The notes below the pieces were generated by a model. It was not told the DNA's origin. It searched no databases and saw only the letters and a list, made by a program, of their open reading frames with translations. Below, piece by piece: positions 8,585 to 18,335 of a stretch of 64,000 nt of DNA; positions within the stretch are counted from its first letter, which is position 1, and every line of letters starts with the position of its first letter. The position numbers and the translations under genes were made by a program. This stretch comes from an uncultured Alphaproteobacteria bacterium (GTDB taxonomy: Bacteria; Pseudomonadota; Alphaproteobacteria; Methylaequorales; Methylaequoraceae): contig CACACI010000003.1 of the NCBI GenBank assembly GCA_902530985.1, positions 3,516 through 67,515 on the forward strand, read 5' to 3'.

Positions 8585-9898
8585 ATGAAAAAAGTTGGTT
8601 TTTTTCTGACTTTAGTATTTTTTTGTTTTGAATCTGAATCCAAGAAGATATTCAATGCAAAATCCCATAAATTTGATAATGGCTTAAGACTAATTGTTGT
8701 TGAAAATCCTAGAGCACCCATAGTAGCTCAAATGATCTGGTATAATTTTGGTTCAAATATTGAAGAACGAGGAAAAAGTGGTCTAGCACATTTTATGGAG
8801 CACTTAATGTTTAAAGGAAGTAAAAAGTTTCCAGAAAATTATTTTTCAAATTTTCTTTCAAAGATTGGTGGAAGTGAAAATGCATTTACAAGTTATGATT
8901 ATACTGCTTATTATCAAACTTTCCCAAGTAATCATATTGAGAAAATGATTGAGTTGGAAGCTGATAGAATGAAAAATTTAACACTTACAAAAAAAAATGT
9001 TGAAACAGAAAAAAAAGTAATTCTGGAAGAACGTTTTCAAAGGGTGGAAAGCGACCCTTCCTCACAACTGGACGAATCAATGAGAAGCATCTTATTTCCA
9101 AATAACTATTATGGTAGACCTATAATTGGTTGGAAACATGAAATAGAGAATTTAACTTATAATGACGTGATGGATTTTTATAAAAAATTCTACAGCCCAG
9201 ATAATGCAATTTTAGTATTATCTGGAGATGTAAAATTTTCTAATGCTAAAAAATTAGTAAGAAAATACTATGAAAATATTACAAAAACTAAAAAAAAAAA
9301 AATAGTTGATTTAAGTGACCCAGATCTTAAAACCTCAACTAATGTTGAATTAAAACATCAAAATGTTAAACAACAAATTTGGAAAAGAATTCACAGAGCT
9401 AAGTCATATAATCAATCAATATCACAATCAATTGCTTTAGATCTTGGTATGAAGATTTTAGCAGGTGGAACTTCGAGTATCTTATACGATGAGTTTGTAA
9501 ATAAGCAAAAAATTTTTTCAATGATTGGAGGGTTTTATCAAGGTCTGGCTAAAGGTGATGGTTATATATATTTCTATGCAATTCCAAATAAAGAAATGAG
9601 CCAAAACGAAATTAGTCGTTTGTTGGATGAACAAATAGAAAAAGCAATAAACGAAAAAATATCTAAAAAGAAGTTAGAACTAGAGAAAAAAAAATATTAT
9701 TACGATAGTATTTACGGAATGGATGGAATTTTAAAGCCGGCAGAAATAATTGGTGAGGCTCTTACAATAGGCCTTAAACTTAGAGATATAGAGGATTGGA
9801 ATAAAAAACTAGAAAAAATTGATTTGGAAATGGTTAAAAAAGAATTAAAAGAGTTCTCCGATAATAATAATTTTGTAACAGGTAGTTTGAAAAATTGA
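8585..9898 (+). CDS. M16 (pitrilysin) family zinc peptidase, catalytic subunit, secreted
   Basis: It carries the inverted zinc motif HFMEHLMFKG (HxxEH), a downstream E in ...LEADRMKN/ILEERF, and an N-terminal signal peptide. Its ATG directly abuts the upstream stop. Confidence 0.9.
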   Translation: MKKVGFFLTLVFFCFESESKKIFNAKSHKFDNGLRLIVVENPRAPIVAQMIWYNFGSNIEERGKSGLAHFMEHLMFKGSKKFPENYFSNFLSKIGGSENAFTSYDYTAYYQTFPSNHIEKMIELEADRMKNLTLTKKNVETEKKVILEERFQRVESDPSSQLDESMRSILFPNNYYGRPIIGWKHEIENLTYNDVMDFYKKFYSPDNAILVLSGDVKFSNAKKLVRKYYENITKTKKKKIVDLSDPDLKTSTNVELKHQNVKQQIWKRIHRAKSYNQSISQSIALDLGMKILAGGTSSILYDEFVNKQKIFSMIGGFYQGLAKGDGYIYFYAIPNKEMSQNEISRLLDEQIEKAINEKISKKKLELEKKKYYYDSIYGMDGILKPAEIIGEALTIGLKLRDIEDWNKKLEKIDLEMVKKELKEFSDNNNFVTGSLKN

Positions 9899-11184
9899 AG
9901 CTTCTGTTTTTTATCTTAATTTTTTATTTTCAAAGTATAAATGCTCTTGAGTATAAAAAGCTTCAAACATCAAAAGGAATAAAGTTCTGGTTCGTCCAAG
10001 ACAAATCTATTCCAATTGTAAGTGTAAGTTTTAGTTTTGGAGGTGGAAGTTCATTGGATTCAAAAGAGAAGAATGGAATCTCTAACCTTATGACTTCAAT
10101 GATGGATGAGGGTACAACTAATTTAACTTCCAACGAATTAAAAAATTTGATGAAGGAAAATGGTATGAAATTAAATTTTTCTTCACAAAGAGATAGAATT
10201 AATGGAAATTTTCAAACTATTTCATCTCAAATATTAAAAAGTTTTGAACTTTTTTCTGAGGTTTTAAATCATCCAAAATTTGATGAAAAAGATATTAATA
10301 AGATCAAAAGACAAATTATTTCAAGTATAAAAATAGATGAATCAGATATTTCAACTTTAGCATCCAACAAGTTTAATCAATTTTTTTTTGATCAACATAA
10401 TTTTTCTGAAAATACTAAAGGATCAATAAAGTCATTAAATAATATAAATAGAGAAGATTTAATCAAGTTTCACAAAAAAGTATTTCAAAAACAAAATCTT
10501 ATTATTGGAGTTGCTGGCAATGTTAATGAGAAAAACATTAAAGAGTTTATAGATTTAGTTTTTGGTGACCTAAATAATTATGATGAAATTCTGAAAATTA
10601 AAAAATTTGAAACTCTTGCAAAAGGCGAGCGAATTCATAAAATCAAAACACCTCAAACAAGCGTTTTGTTTGGTCATCCCGGTTTAGCAAGAAATAATGA
10701 AAATTTTTTTGCGTTGAGAATTGCTAATTATATTTTAGGAGGAGGAGGTTTCCAGTCAAGGCTATATAAAAATATTAGAGAGAAAAAAGGTTTGGTATAC
10801 TCAGTTTACTCATATCTATTATCTTTTGAAAGTGACGGAGTAATTGTTGGTGGTTTTCAAACAAGAAATAAATCAGTCTATGAAACTGTTGAAAGTGTTA
10901 AAAATGAATGGAAAAAAATCCAGAAAAAGGGAATAACAAAAACTGAATTAGAGAATGCAAAAGCATACTATAATGGTTCATTTACAAGAAATTTTACAAG
11001 TACATTATCAATTGCTAGATTATTACAGATAGTACAATACTATAAACTAGGTGATAATTATTTTCAGGAAAGGGAGAAAATTATAAATAGTTTAAGTTTA
11101 GAAAAAGTGAATCAAGTGGTTTCAAACTTGTTTGATGGTAAAAAATTATTTTTCATGATAGTTGGAGAACCGGAAGAAAAATGA
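9895..11184 (+). CDS. M16 family peptidase-like protein, non-catalytic partner subunit, secreted
   Basis: It has the same fold signatures but the HxxEH position reads NLMTSMMDEG. A glycine-rich loop ILGGGGFQSRLY is present, along with a signal peptide. It has a 4-nt ATGA-type overlap with the upstream gene. Confidence 0.85.
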   Translation: MKLLFFILIFYFQSINALEYKKLQTSKGIKFWFVQDKSIPIVSVSFSFGGGSSLDSKEKNGISNLMTSMMDEGTTNLTSNELKNLMKENGMKLNFSSQRDRINGNFQTISSQILKSFELFSEVLNHPKFDEKDINKIKRQIISSIKIDESDISTLASNKFNQFFFDQHNFSENTKGSIKSLNNINREDLIKFHKKVFQKQNLIIGVAGNVNEKNIKEFIDLVFGDLNNYDEILKIKKFETLAKGERIHKIKTPQTSVLFGHPGLARNNENFFALRIANYILGGGGFQSRLYKNIREKKGLVYSVYSYLLSFESDGVIVGGFQTRNKSVYETVESVKNEWKKIQKKGITKTELENAKAYYNGSFTRNFTSTLSIARLLQIVQYYKLGDNYFQEREKIINSLSLEKVNQVVSNLFDGKKLFFMIVGEPEEK

Positions 11185-12428
11185 ATTTTTCACAAACAAC
11201 ATTCAATTTTAGAAATAATAGAACAAAATTAAATACAGGAATATACATCAAAGCAAAAAAAGACATTTTAGAATGTCTTCGCCAAAGATCATTTGGTTTT
11301 TTAGAAGATCTCTACAATAAAGACTTTTCGATAATTACCAAAATTACTAAAAAACTCAAAAAGTATGAAAATATTTTATTCCTTGGCACTGGAGGCTCTA
11401 GCCTTGGAGGTAAGACTTTAGTTTCCTTAATGAGAAATCACTTTTATGATAAAAAAACACCCAAGATTTTTTTTTTTGAAAATGTTGATATATCATCAAT
11501 AAATGGACTACTTAATGAAATAAACCTTAATAATACCGCATGTGTTGTAATTTCAAAATCTGGAGAGACGATTGAAACAATTTCACAATTTTTTTTAATC
11601 GAGAATAAATTTAAAAAAAAAAATATATCATTAAAAAATAAGATTTTTATAATTACAGAAGATAAGAAAAGTACTTTAAAAAGTATTCAAGAAGCAAATC
11701 AGTATTTTTTTCTTGCACATCCTATTTCAGTTGGAGGTAGATATTCTGTGTTTTCTATAGTGGGCCTTTTACCAGCAGCTTTAGCAAATTTCGATGTAAA
11801 AAAGTTTTGTAATGGTGCTAAAAAGTTTTTAAAAACTATTCAAGAAGAGAAAAAATTCGACAATTTTATGTCACCAATTCTAAGTCTATACAAACTAAAT
11901 AAAATAGGTTTTAATATGTCAGTGATAATGCCATATTTGGATTCATTGAATAATTTATCATTTTGGTATCGACAACTTTGGGCTGAAAGTCTAGGCAAAA
12001 ACGAAAAAGGTATTACTCCAGTTAATGCATTAGGTACAGTAGATCAACACAGTCAATTGCAATTATATCTCGATGGACCAAAAGATAAATTCTTTACGAT
12101 TATTGGGAAGAAGATTAGTAAACCTAGTATCAAACTTAATTGCAAGTATGCAAAAAATAAAAAATACGAAATTATGCATAATAAATCTTTGGAAGAGTTA
12201 TTAGATGCTGAGATGACTGCTACGATTGAAACTCTAAAAAAAAAAAAAAAACCTATTCGAGTTATAATTCTGGATTCACTTAGTGAAAAAATAATTGGAA
12301 GTTTGATGATGTTTTTTTTCATAGAAACAATCTTTTGTTGTTTTTTAAATAATGTTAATCCATTTGATCAACCAGCTGTTGAAGAGGGGAAAAGGTTGGC
12401 AAAGAAATTTTTAGTAAAAAATGAGTAG
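11181..12428 (+). CDS. pgi: Glucose-6-phosphate isomerase (short form)
   Basis: The SIS/PGI motifs are GTGGSSLGGK, VISKSGETIET, VGGRYSVFSIVGLLPAA and GTVDQHSQLQLYLDGP. Confidence 0.85.
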   Translation: MNFSQTTFNFRNNRTKLNTGIYIKAKKDILECLRQRSFGFLEDLYNKDFSIITKITKKLKKYENILFLGTGGSSLGGKTLVSLMRNHFYDKKTPKIFFFENVDISSINGLLNEINLNNTACVVISKSGETIETISQFFLIENKFKKKNISLKNKIFIITEDKKSTLKSIQEANQYFFLAHPISVGGRYSVFSIVGLLPAALANFDVKKFCNGAKKFLKTIQEEKKFDNFMSPILSLYKLNKIGFNMSVIMPYLDSLNNLSFWYRQLWAESLGKNEKGITPVNALGTVDQHSQLQLYLDGPKDKFFTIIGKKISKPSIKLNCKYAKNKKYEIMHNKSLEELLDAEMTATIETLKKKKKPIRVIILDSLSEKIIGSLMMFFFIETIFCCFLNNVNPFDQPAVEEGKRLAKKFLVKNE

Positions 12429-14166
12429 AATAGAACTTCTACCAGATAATTTAATTAATAAAATAGCTGCTGGGGAGGTTCTTGAGAGACCATCTTCGGC
12501 TGTTAAAGAGCTTGTAGAAAATAGTCTTGATGCGAATGCAAAAAAAATAGATGTTTTTATTAGAAATGGAGGTAAGAGTGAAATAACAGTTTCTGATGAT
12601 GGTTTTGGGATAGGAAAAAATGATCTTCAAAAAGCAGTTTTGAGACATGCAACTTCAAAACTTAATTCTAATGATATTGCAAATGTCAAAACTATGGGTT
12701 TTAGAGGTGAAGCTTTATCTTCAATAGTATCAGTTTCTAACTTCACATTAAGGTCAAATTGTAGTGATTGTTATGAAGGTTATGAAATCAACCTATTATC
12801 GGGAAATTTAAAACACATCAAACCAGTAAGTCAAAAAAAAGGAACTTATGTTAATGTAAAAGATCTTTTTTTTTCAACACCTGCCAGACTAAAATTCTTA
12901 AAATCAGAAAATTACGAATCTTTATTAATAAAAAAATTGATACAAAAGTTTGCATTAATAAATTTTAATACGGAATTTAATCTTTTTTTTAATAAGAAAA
13001 GAATTATTAGAACAAGCATTTCAAATAGTAAGATTCCAAAAGATAAATTTATTGATAGAGTAGGGCAGGTTCTTGGCAATGAATTTATTGAAAATTCAGT
13101 TGAATTGAATACATACAAAGATGATTTGTCTTTAACTGGACTATTAGGAATCCCGACATTTAATTATTCAAATTCTAATAATCAATTTATTTTTGTTAAC
13201 GGCAGAATAATTAATGATAAGTCTTTAAATGTTATTCTTAAAGTTGCGTATAGAGATTTAATGTTTCATGATAGATTCCCACAACTAATTATAAATATAA
13301 AGTGTCCTCATAATTGGGTTGATGTAAATGTTCACCCAATGAAGAATGAAGTAAGGTTTGAGGATGAAAAATTTCTTAAATCTTTTATTATAAGTTCTGT
13401 AAAATCAGAATTAGAGAAAATAGGTCATAGAACTAGTAATCTAAAATTTTCTAGAAAAATAAAAAAAGCTTCTTCCAGAAACTATGTACAAAATGATTTA
13501 ATTTTAAAAGATCATATAGATACTTCTGAAAATTTATCAGAAAAAAAAGAATTGTTCAAAGAAGTTAATAAAGAAGTAGAAGAATTTTATCCTTTGGGAT
13601 TTGCAAAAAGCCAACTTCATCAAAATTATATTATTTCTCAGACACAAAAAGGGATAATTATTGTTGATCAACATGCTGCTCATGAAAGAATAGTATATGA
13701 AAAATTAAAAAAAGACTTTTATAATAATAAGATTCAAACTCAAATTTTGTTGATCCCAGTAGTAATTAAGATTGAAACTTTAGCTTTGGAAAATTTAAAA
13801 GACAAATTTAGTTTATTTAAAAAGTATGGATTAAAAATGGAATTATTTGGATTAAACTCTATTATTGTAAGAGAAATACCTCTAATTATTTCAGATTGCA
13901 ACGTAAAAAAACTTGTTGAATCATTAGTTCATGAAATAATTAATGATGATAATTTAGATTCGTTAGAGTCAGAAATTAATAAAATATGTTCGACTATGGC
14001 CTGTCACGGGTCAATTAGATCAGGGAGAGAGATGCAACTTGAAGAAATGAATCAATTATTAAGAAAAATGGAGGGTACCAAATTTTCTGGGCAATGTAAC
14101 CATGGTAGACCAACATATGTAGAGTTGGATCTTGATGAAATTGAAAAATTATTTGGAAGAAAGTAA
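12421..14166 (+). CDS. mutL: DNA mismatch repair protein MutL
   Basis: The GHKL ATPase N-terminus is IAAGEVLERPSSAVKELVENSLDA, DDGFGI and GFRGEALSSI. The C-terminal dimerisation domain shows VDQHAAHERIVYE and GRPT. Confidence 0.95.
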   Translation: MSRIELLPDNLINKIAAGEVLERPSSAVKELVENSLDANAKKIDVFIRNGGKSEITVSDDGFGIGKNDLQKAVLRHATSKLNSNDIANVKTMGFRGEALSSIVSVSNFTLRSNCSDCYEGYEINLLSGNLKHIKPVSQKKGTYVNVKDLFFSTPARLKFLKSENYESLLIKKLIQKFALINFNTEFNLFFNKKRIIRTSISNSKIPKDKFIDRVGQVLGNEFIENSVELNTYKDDLSLTGLLGIPTFNYSNSNNQFIFVNGRIINDKSLNVILKVAYRDLMFHDRFPQLIINIKCPHNWVDVNVHPMKNEVRFEDEKFLKSFIISSVKSELEKIGHRTSNLKFSRKIKKASSRNYVQNDLILKDHIDTSENLSEKKELFKEVNKEVEEFYPLGFAKSQLHQNYIISQTQKGIIIVDQHAAHERIVYEKLKKDFYNNKIQTQILLIPVVIKIETLALENLKDKFSLFKKYGLKMELFGLNSIIVREIPLIISDCNVKKLVESLVHEIINDDNLDSLESEINKICSTMACHGSIRSGREMQLEEMNQLLRKMEGTKFSGQCNHGRPTYVELDLDEIEKLFGRK

Positions 14167-14167
14167 A

Positions 14168-14725
14168 TTAAACCTTTTTTAAAAAACAAAATTTTGAACT
14201 TGAAATGAATTTTGTTTTCAATAAATAAAAATCTTTGAATTCAATATCTTTATAATGTTTTGGCAATTCAAGTATTCCAAATGCATGATCTTTAATTATA
14301 GGCTTCATTTGTTCTAATAATTTTTCAACAGAAAATTCTTGATAAGGTGGGTCACAAAAAAAAATATCTATAGCAGTAATTTTTTGTTTAATTCTATAAT
14401 CGAAAAAATCTAATTTTATAATTTCTGATGATTTAATTATCTCAAGGTCACTACAATTCAATCTGCATATATCAACAGCTTTTTGAGATTTATCAACAAA
14501 TATAACTTTTTTAGCACCCCTTGATATAGCTTCAATCCCTAGTGCACCAGTTCCACAGAAACAATCTAATACTAATGAATCACATAATTTTTTTTTATCT
14601 TTGAAAAGCATAGAGTCCAAAGTACTGAATATCATTTCTTTTGCCCTAATGGATGTTGGGCGTATAGAATTGTCATTTGGTCCATGTAAATTTCTACCTT
14701 TAAATTTACCTGAAATTATCTTCAT
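14168..14725 (-). CDS. rsmD: 16S rRNA (guanine966-N2)-methyltransferase
   Basis: The motifs are IISGKFKGRNL...RPT..RAKE, LDCFCGTGALGIEAISRGA and the DPPY catalytic motif. Confidence 0.9.
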   Translation of the reverse strand: MKIISGKFKGRNLHGPNDNSIRPTSIRAKEMIFSTLDSMLFKDKKKLCDSLVLDCFCGTGALGIEAISRGAKKVIFVDKSQKAVDICRLNCSDLEIIKSSEIIKLDFFDYRIKQKITAIDIFFCDPPYQEFSVEKLLEQMKPIIKDHAFGILELPKHYKDIEFKDFYLLKTKFISSSKFCFLKKV

Positions 14726-15470
14726 TATTAAACTTAAGAGATTTAAGAATATTACTCAAATTTAATTTTTTAATTTCAATAATTTTTCCAGATTCAATTT
14801 TATTTAAATTAAATGGTCCGAAACTTACCCTAGTTAATTGTTTTACCTTAAGATCAAAGTTATTTAGAATCTTTCTTATTTCCCTATTTTTGCCTTCAAT
14901 TAATTTCATTTCTAATAAATTATTGTTTGTTTTTTTAGTTAAGATTTTGACTTTTATTTGCTCATAAACTATCCCATCAACTATGATTTTTTTTTTTAAC
15001 TTACTCTCTAGATTAGAAGGAACATTACCAAAAACTTTAACAATGTATTTTCTTTCAATTTTATTTTTTGGATCTTCAAGATAAGTTGAAAGTGTAGGGT
15101 TATTTGTAAATAATATGAGACCTCCAGAATTTATATCCAGTCTTCCAACGGAAACAACTCTTGGTAAATTTGATGGTAATAATCTAAAAATACTTTTTTG
15201 AGAATATTGTTCTTTATTGGATGACACAAAACCAATTGGCTTATTTAAGATCCACGCTCTTGTAGGTTTTTTTGATATTATCTTATTATTAACTTTTATT
15301 GAAGAAATTTGGTCATTATTAATTACAAATTCTTTGAAAATCCTATTATTAACTTTAACTTTTCCATTTATTATTAATTCCTCTGCTTCTTTTCTCGAAC
15401 AAACACCTGCATGAGAAATTAATTTGGATATTCTAACTAGTTTATTTTTCAATTCTTTTCTTAGCTGCAA
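14706..15470 (-). CDS. Pseudouridine synthase, RsuA/RluB family with N-terminal S4 domain
   Basis: It has an S4 domain (RISKLISHAGVCSRKEAEELIINGKVKVN), the catalytic Asp motif VGRLDINSGGLILFTN, and GKNREIRK. Confidence 0.85.
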   Translation of the reverse strand: MQLRKELKNKLVRISKLISHAGVCSRKEAEELIINGKVKVNNRIFKEFVINNDQISSIKVNNKIISKKPTRAWILNKPIGFVSSNKEQYSQKSIFRLLPSNLPRVVSVGRLDINSGGLILFTNNPTLSTYLEDPKNKIERKYIVKVFGNVPSNLESKLKKKIIVDGIVYEQIKVKILTKKTNNNLLEMKLIEGKNREIRKILNNFDLKVKQLTRVSFGPFNLNKIESGKIIEIKKLNLSNILKSLKFNNEDNFR

Positions 15471-16167
15471 GAATTAAAGATTTAAGGATATTAATATCCT
15501 TTTTATCAATTAGAAACTCTGGGTGCCATTGAACTCCAACACAATAAAAAAGATTTTTTGATTCAATTCCTTCAATTATTCCATCATCCGAGAATGCCGA
15601 AGCAATTAAATCCTTACCAAGTTTCTTTACTGCTTGATGATGCGCAGAGTTAACAAACATTTTTGAGTTTTTAACAATTTTGAATAATTTTGTTCCTTTT
15701 TTTATATTTACATAATGGCTAGGTTCATTTCTAGGGTTCGGTTGTTCATGTTTGATGTTTGTTTGAAAAGAATCTGAAATATCCTGTATTAATGTACCCC
15801 CAAGTACAACATTAATTAGTTGCTGACCTCCACAAATTCCTAATACAGGTATGTTTTTTTTGAATGCTTGTAAAGTTATTTTGAATTCAAAATCTGTTCT
15901 ATCCTTTTTTAATGTTACTTTTGAACTATTTTTCTTTTCTCCATAAATTTTTGGATCAATATCGAAATCCCCACCAGTTACAACCAGACCATGGATTGTA
16001 TTCAAATATTGGTTAATTGCATCAATATTATTTGGAAGAAAGATACAAACACCACCGGCAGTTTCAATTGACTCTGAATAGTTTTTTCTTGAGGCGTACC
16101 AAGGATATTTTGAATACGTTTGTTTTTCCTCCTCATCAAGTGTTATTCCTATAATAGGTTTGTTCAT
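15442..16167 (-). CDS. Class I glutamine amidotransferase-like, gamma-glutamyl-GABA hydrolase (PuuD / peptidase C26) family
   Basis: The nucleophile elbow GICGGQQLIN and the His motif GVQWHPE are present. The N-terminus PIIGIT is typical of the family. Confidence 0.8.
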   Translation of the reverse strand: MNKPIIGITLDEEEKQTYSKYPWYASRKNYSESIETAGGVCIFLPNNIDAINQYLNTIHGLVVTGGDFDIDPKIYGEKKNSSKVTLKKDRTDFEFKITLQAFKKNIPVLGICGGQQLINVVLGGTLIQDISDSFQTNIKHEQPNPRNEPSHYVNIKKGTKLFKIVKNSKMFVNSAHHQAVKKLGKDLIASAFSDDGIIEGIESKNLFYCVGVQWHPEFLIDKKDINILKSLILAAKKRIEK

Positions 16168-16190
16168 TGGTCTTTAAAAAATCTAGTTAA

Positions 16191-16583
16191 ATGCTAGTAT
16201 ATTATATGCAAAAAAGATGTAAGATTAGTATAAAAAAGTTTGAAATAATTGTCGAATTAAATGATTCGATCACGGCCAGTAAAATATGGGAGTCTTTGCC
16301 AATTAATTCAAATGCCAATACTTGGGGGGACGAGATATTTTTCTACACTACTATACATGCTGATATTGAGTCTGATGCGAAAGAGATCCTAGAATTAGGT
16401 GAGATTGCATATTGGCCATCAGGAAAAGCTATAGCCATTGGATTTGGAAAGACACCAATATCTATTAAAAATGAAATCAGATTAGCATCAAAATGTAATG
16501 TGTGGGGTTTTACAGTTTTTGATTTAAGAAGACTAAAAGAGATTGCTGATGGGGAGAACATCACAGTAGAAAGGGTACTTTAA
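16191..16583 (+). CDS. Cyclophilin-like fold small protein of unknown function
   Basis: The pattern NDSITASKIWESLP...WGDEIFF...GEIAYWPSGKAIAIGFG matches the cyclophilin-like (DUF3830-type) family as I remember it. The start could instead be the ATG at 16206. Confidence 0.55.
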   Translation: MLVYYMQKRCKISIKKFEIIVELNDSITASKIWESLPINSNANTWGDEIFFYTTIHADIESDAKEILELGEIAYWPSGKAIAIGFGKTPISIKNEIRLASKCNVWGFTVFDLRRLKEIADGENITVERVL

Positions 16584-16585
16584 AT

Positions 16586-17026
16586 ATGAAAGATGATTAT
16601 ATGAAATTAGCTATTGAACTAGCTAAGAAAGCTGAAGAAAAAGATGAGGTGCCTGTTGGATGTGTTATTGTAGATGGTAACAATAATTTAGTTAGTTATG
16701 CGTCTAACTCTATAGTAAAAGATTATGATCCTACAGCTCATGCTGAAATTATTGCTATCAGAAGAGCATGTAAAAAACTTAAAACAACTAAACTAATAAA
16801 TTTTTCTATTTTTGTTACTCTTGAACCTTGCATAATGTGCGAAGCAGCAATAATTAATGTTGGTATTAAAAAAGTTTTTTTTGGAGCTTATTCTGATAAT
16901 CTCAAACTTCACAATTGTAAACTGAAAAATTACTTTTCTTCACGAGGAGATTACCAGTTTTTTGGAGGATTTGAAGAAGAATGTTGTGCGAAGTTAATAA
17001 CTCAATCTTTTAAGAAAAGAAGATAA
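16586..17026 (+). CDS. tadA: tRNA-specific adenosine deaminase
   Basis: The CDA zinc motifs HAEIIAIR and PCIMCEAA are present. Size is about 146 aa. Confidence 0.9.
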   Translation: MKDDYMKLAIELAKKAEEKDEVPVGCVIVDGNNNLVSYASNSIVKDYDPTAHAEIIAIRRACKKLKTTKLINFSIFVTLEPCIMCEAAIINVGIKKVFFGAYSDNLKLHNCKLKNYFSSRGDYQFFGGFEEECCAKLITQSFKKRR

Positions 17027-18292
17027 TTAAGTATTTTTTAGACCTATATCATTTCTAAAAAAACCACCCTCCCAACCAATTTTATTTAAGGCTTCATAAG
17101 CCATTTTTCTGGCTGAATTAATAGATTTTGCTTTTGAAGTTATTGATAATACTCTTCCACCTGAAGAAACAATATTACCATTTTTAATCGATGTTGCAGC
17201 ATGAAAAATTTTAATTCCTTTAAGCGATTTAACTTTATTTAAATTTTTCAAAATTTTATTTTTTTTAAAATTTCCTGGATATCCATTTGATGCTAATACT
17301 ACGCAAATCACCGCTTTATTATCTGTTTTTATATTTATATTAGAAAGTTTATCTTGAAGATTAGATTCCATTATTGTTAGAAGGTCAGTTTTTAAATTTC
17401 TAAGCAATATTTGGCATTCTGGATCACCAAATCTTACGTTGTATTCAATTACATAAGGTCCTTCTTTTGTTATCATTAAACCAAAAAAAAGTATACCTCT
17501 ATAAATTAATTTCTCATTTTTTAAACCAAGAGAAGTAGGTAGAAGAATTTTTTTAAAAATTTCTTCTTCAATCTCTTTAGTCATTTTTTTACTGGGAAAA
17601 AAACATCCCATTCCTCCAGTATTTGGGCCTTTGTCATCATCATAAGCTCTTTTATGGTCCAAAGCATAACCTAATTTTATAAAACTATTTTTATCAAAGA
17701 AAGCAAAGTAACTTACCTCAAAACCAGTTAGAAATTCTTCTATGATTATTTTATTACCGGCTAAACCAAACTTTTTTTTCTTCATTATAATTGAAAGTGC
17801 ATTTTCAGCTTCTGGCTCATTTTTACAAATCATCACTCCTTTACCAGAAGCCAAGCCATCAGCTTTTATAACAATGGGAAATTCAATGGATGAAATATAT
17901 TTTCTAGCAGAGACATATGATTTAAATTCTTTGTATTTAGCTGTATTTATTTTATTTCTTATTAAAAACTTTTTTGCAAAAGATTTTGAAGTTTCTAACT
18001 TTGATGCTTTTTTACTTGGACCAAAAACAGATATTTGTTTAGATTTTAAATAATCACTAACACCATCCTCTAAATATTGTTCAGGACCAATAATCACCAA
18101 ATTTATGCGGTTTTTTTTACAGAAGTTGAAGATTTCCTTTTTTTTTTTTAAGTCAATTTTCTTGCATATTGCCACTTCTGAAATTCCAGCATTTCCAGGT
18201 ATACAAAATAAGTTGTTACATTTTTTTGACTTTTTTACTGCATAACATATCGAATGTTCTCTTGCCCCTCCACCTAATACTAAAATATTCAA
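17027..18292 (-). CDS. purD: Phosphoribosylamine-glycine ligase
   Basis: The N-terminus is MNILVLGGGAREHS. The ATP-grasp core shows VIKADGLASGKGV and IIEEFLTGFEVS. EYNVRFGDPE and VSSGGRVL are also present. Confidence 0.95.
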   Translation of the reverse strand: MNILVLGGGAREHSICYAVKKSKKCNNLFCIPGNAGISEVAICKKIDLKKKKEIFNFCKKNRINLVIIGPEQYLEDGVSDYLKSKQISVFGPSKKASKLETSKSFAKKFLIRNKINTAKYKEFKSYVSARKYISSIEFPIVIKADGLASGKGVMICKNEPEAENALSIIMKKKKFGLAGNKIIIEEFLTGFEVSYFAFFDKNSFIKLGYALDHKRAYDDDKGPNTGGMGCFFPSKKMTKEIEEEIFKKILLPTSLGLKNEKLIYRGILFFGLMITKEGPYVIEYNVRFGDPECQILLRNLKTDLLTIMESNLQDKLSNINIKTDNKAVICVVLASNGYPGNFKKNKILKNLNKVKSLKGIKIFHAATSIKNGNIVSSGGRVLSITSKAKSINSARKMAYEALNKIGWEGGFFRNDIGLKNT

Positions 18293-18335
18293 GAAGTTAT
18301 TCCTTTTTTTTAATTTTTAAACTAAATTTGAATTA

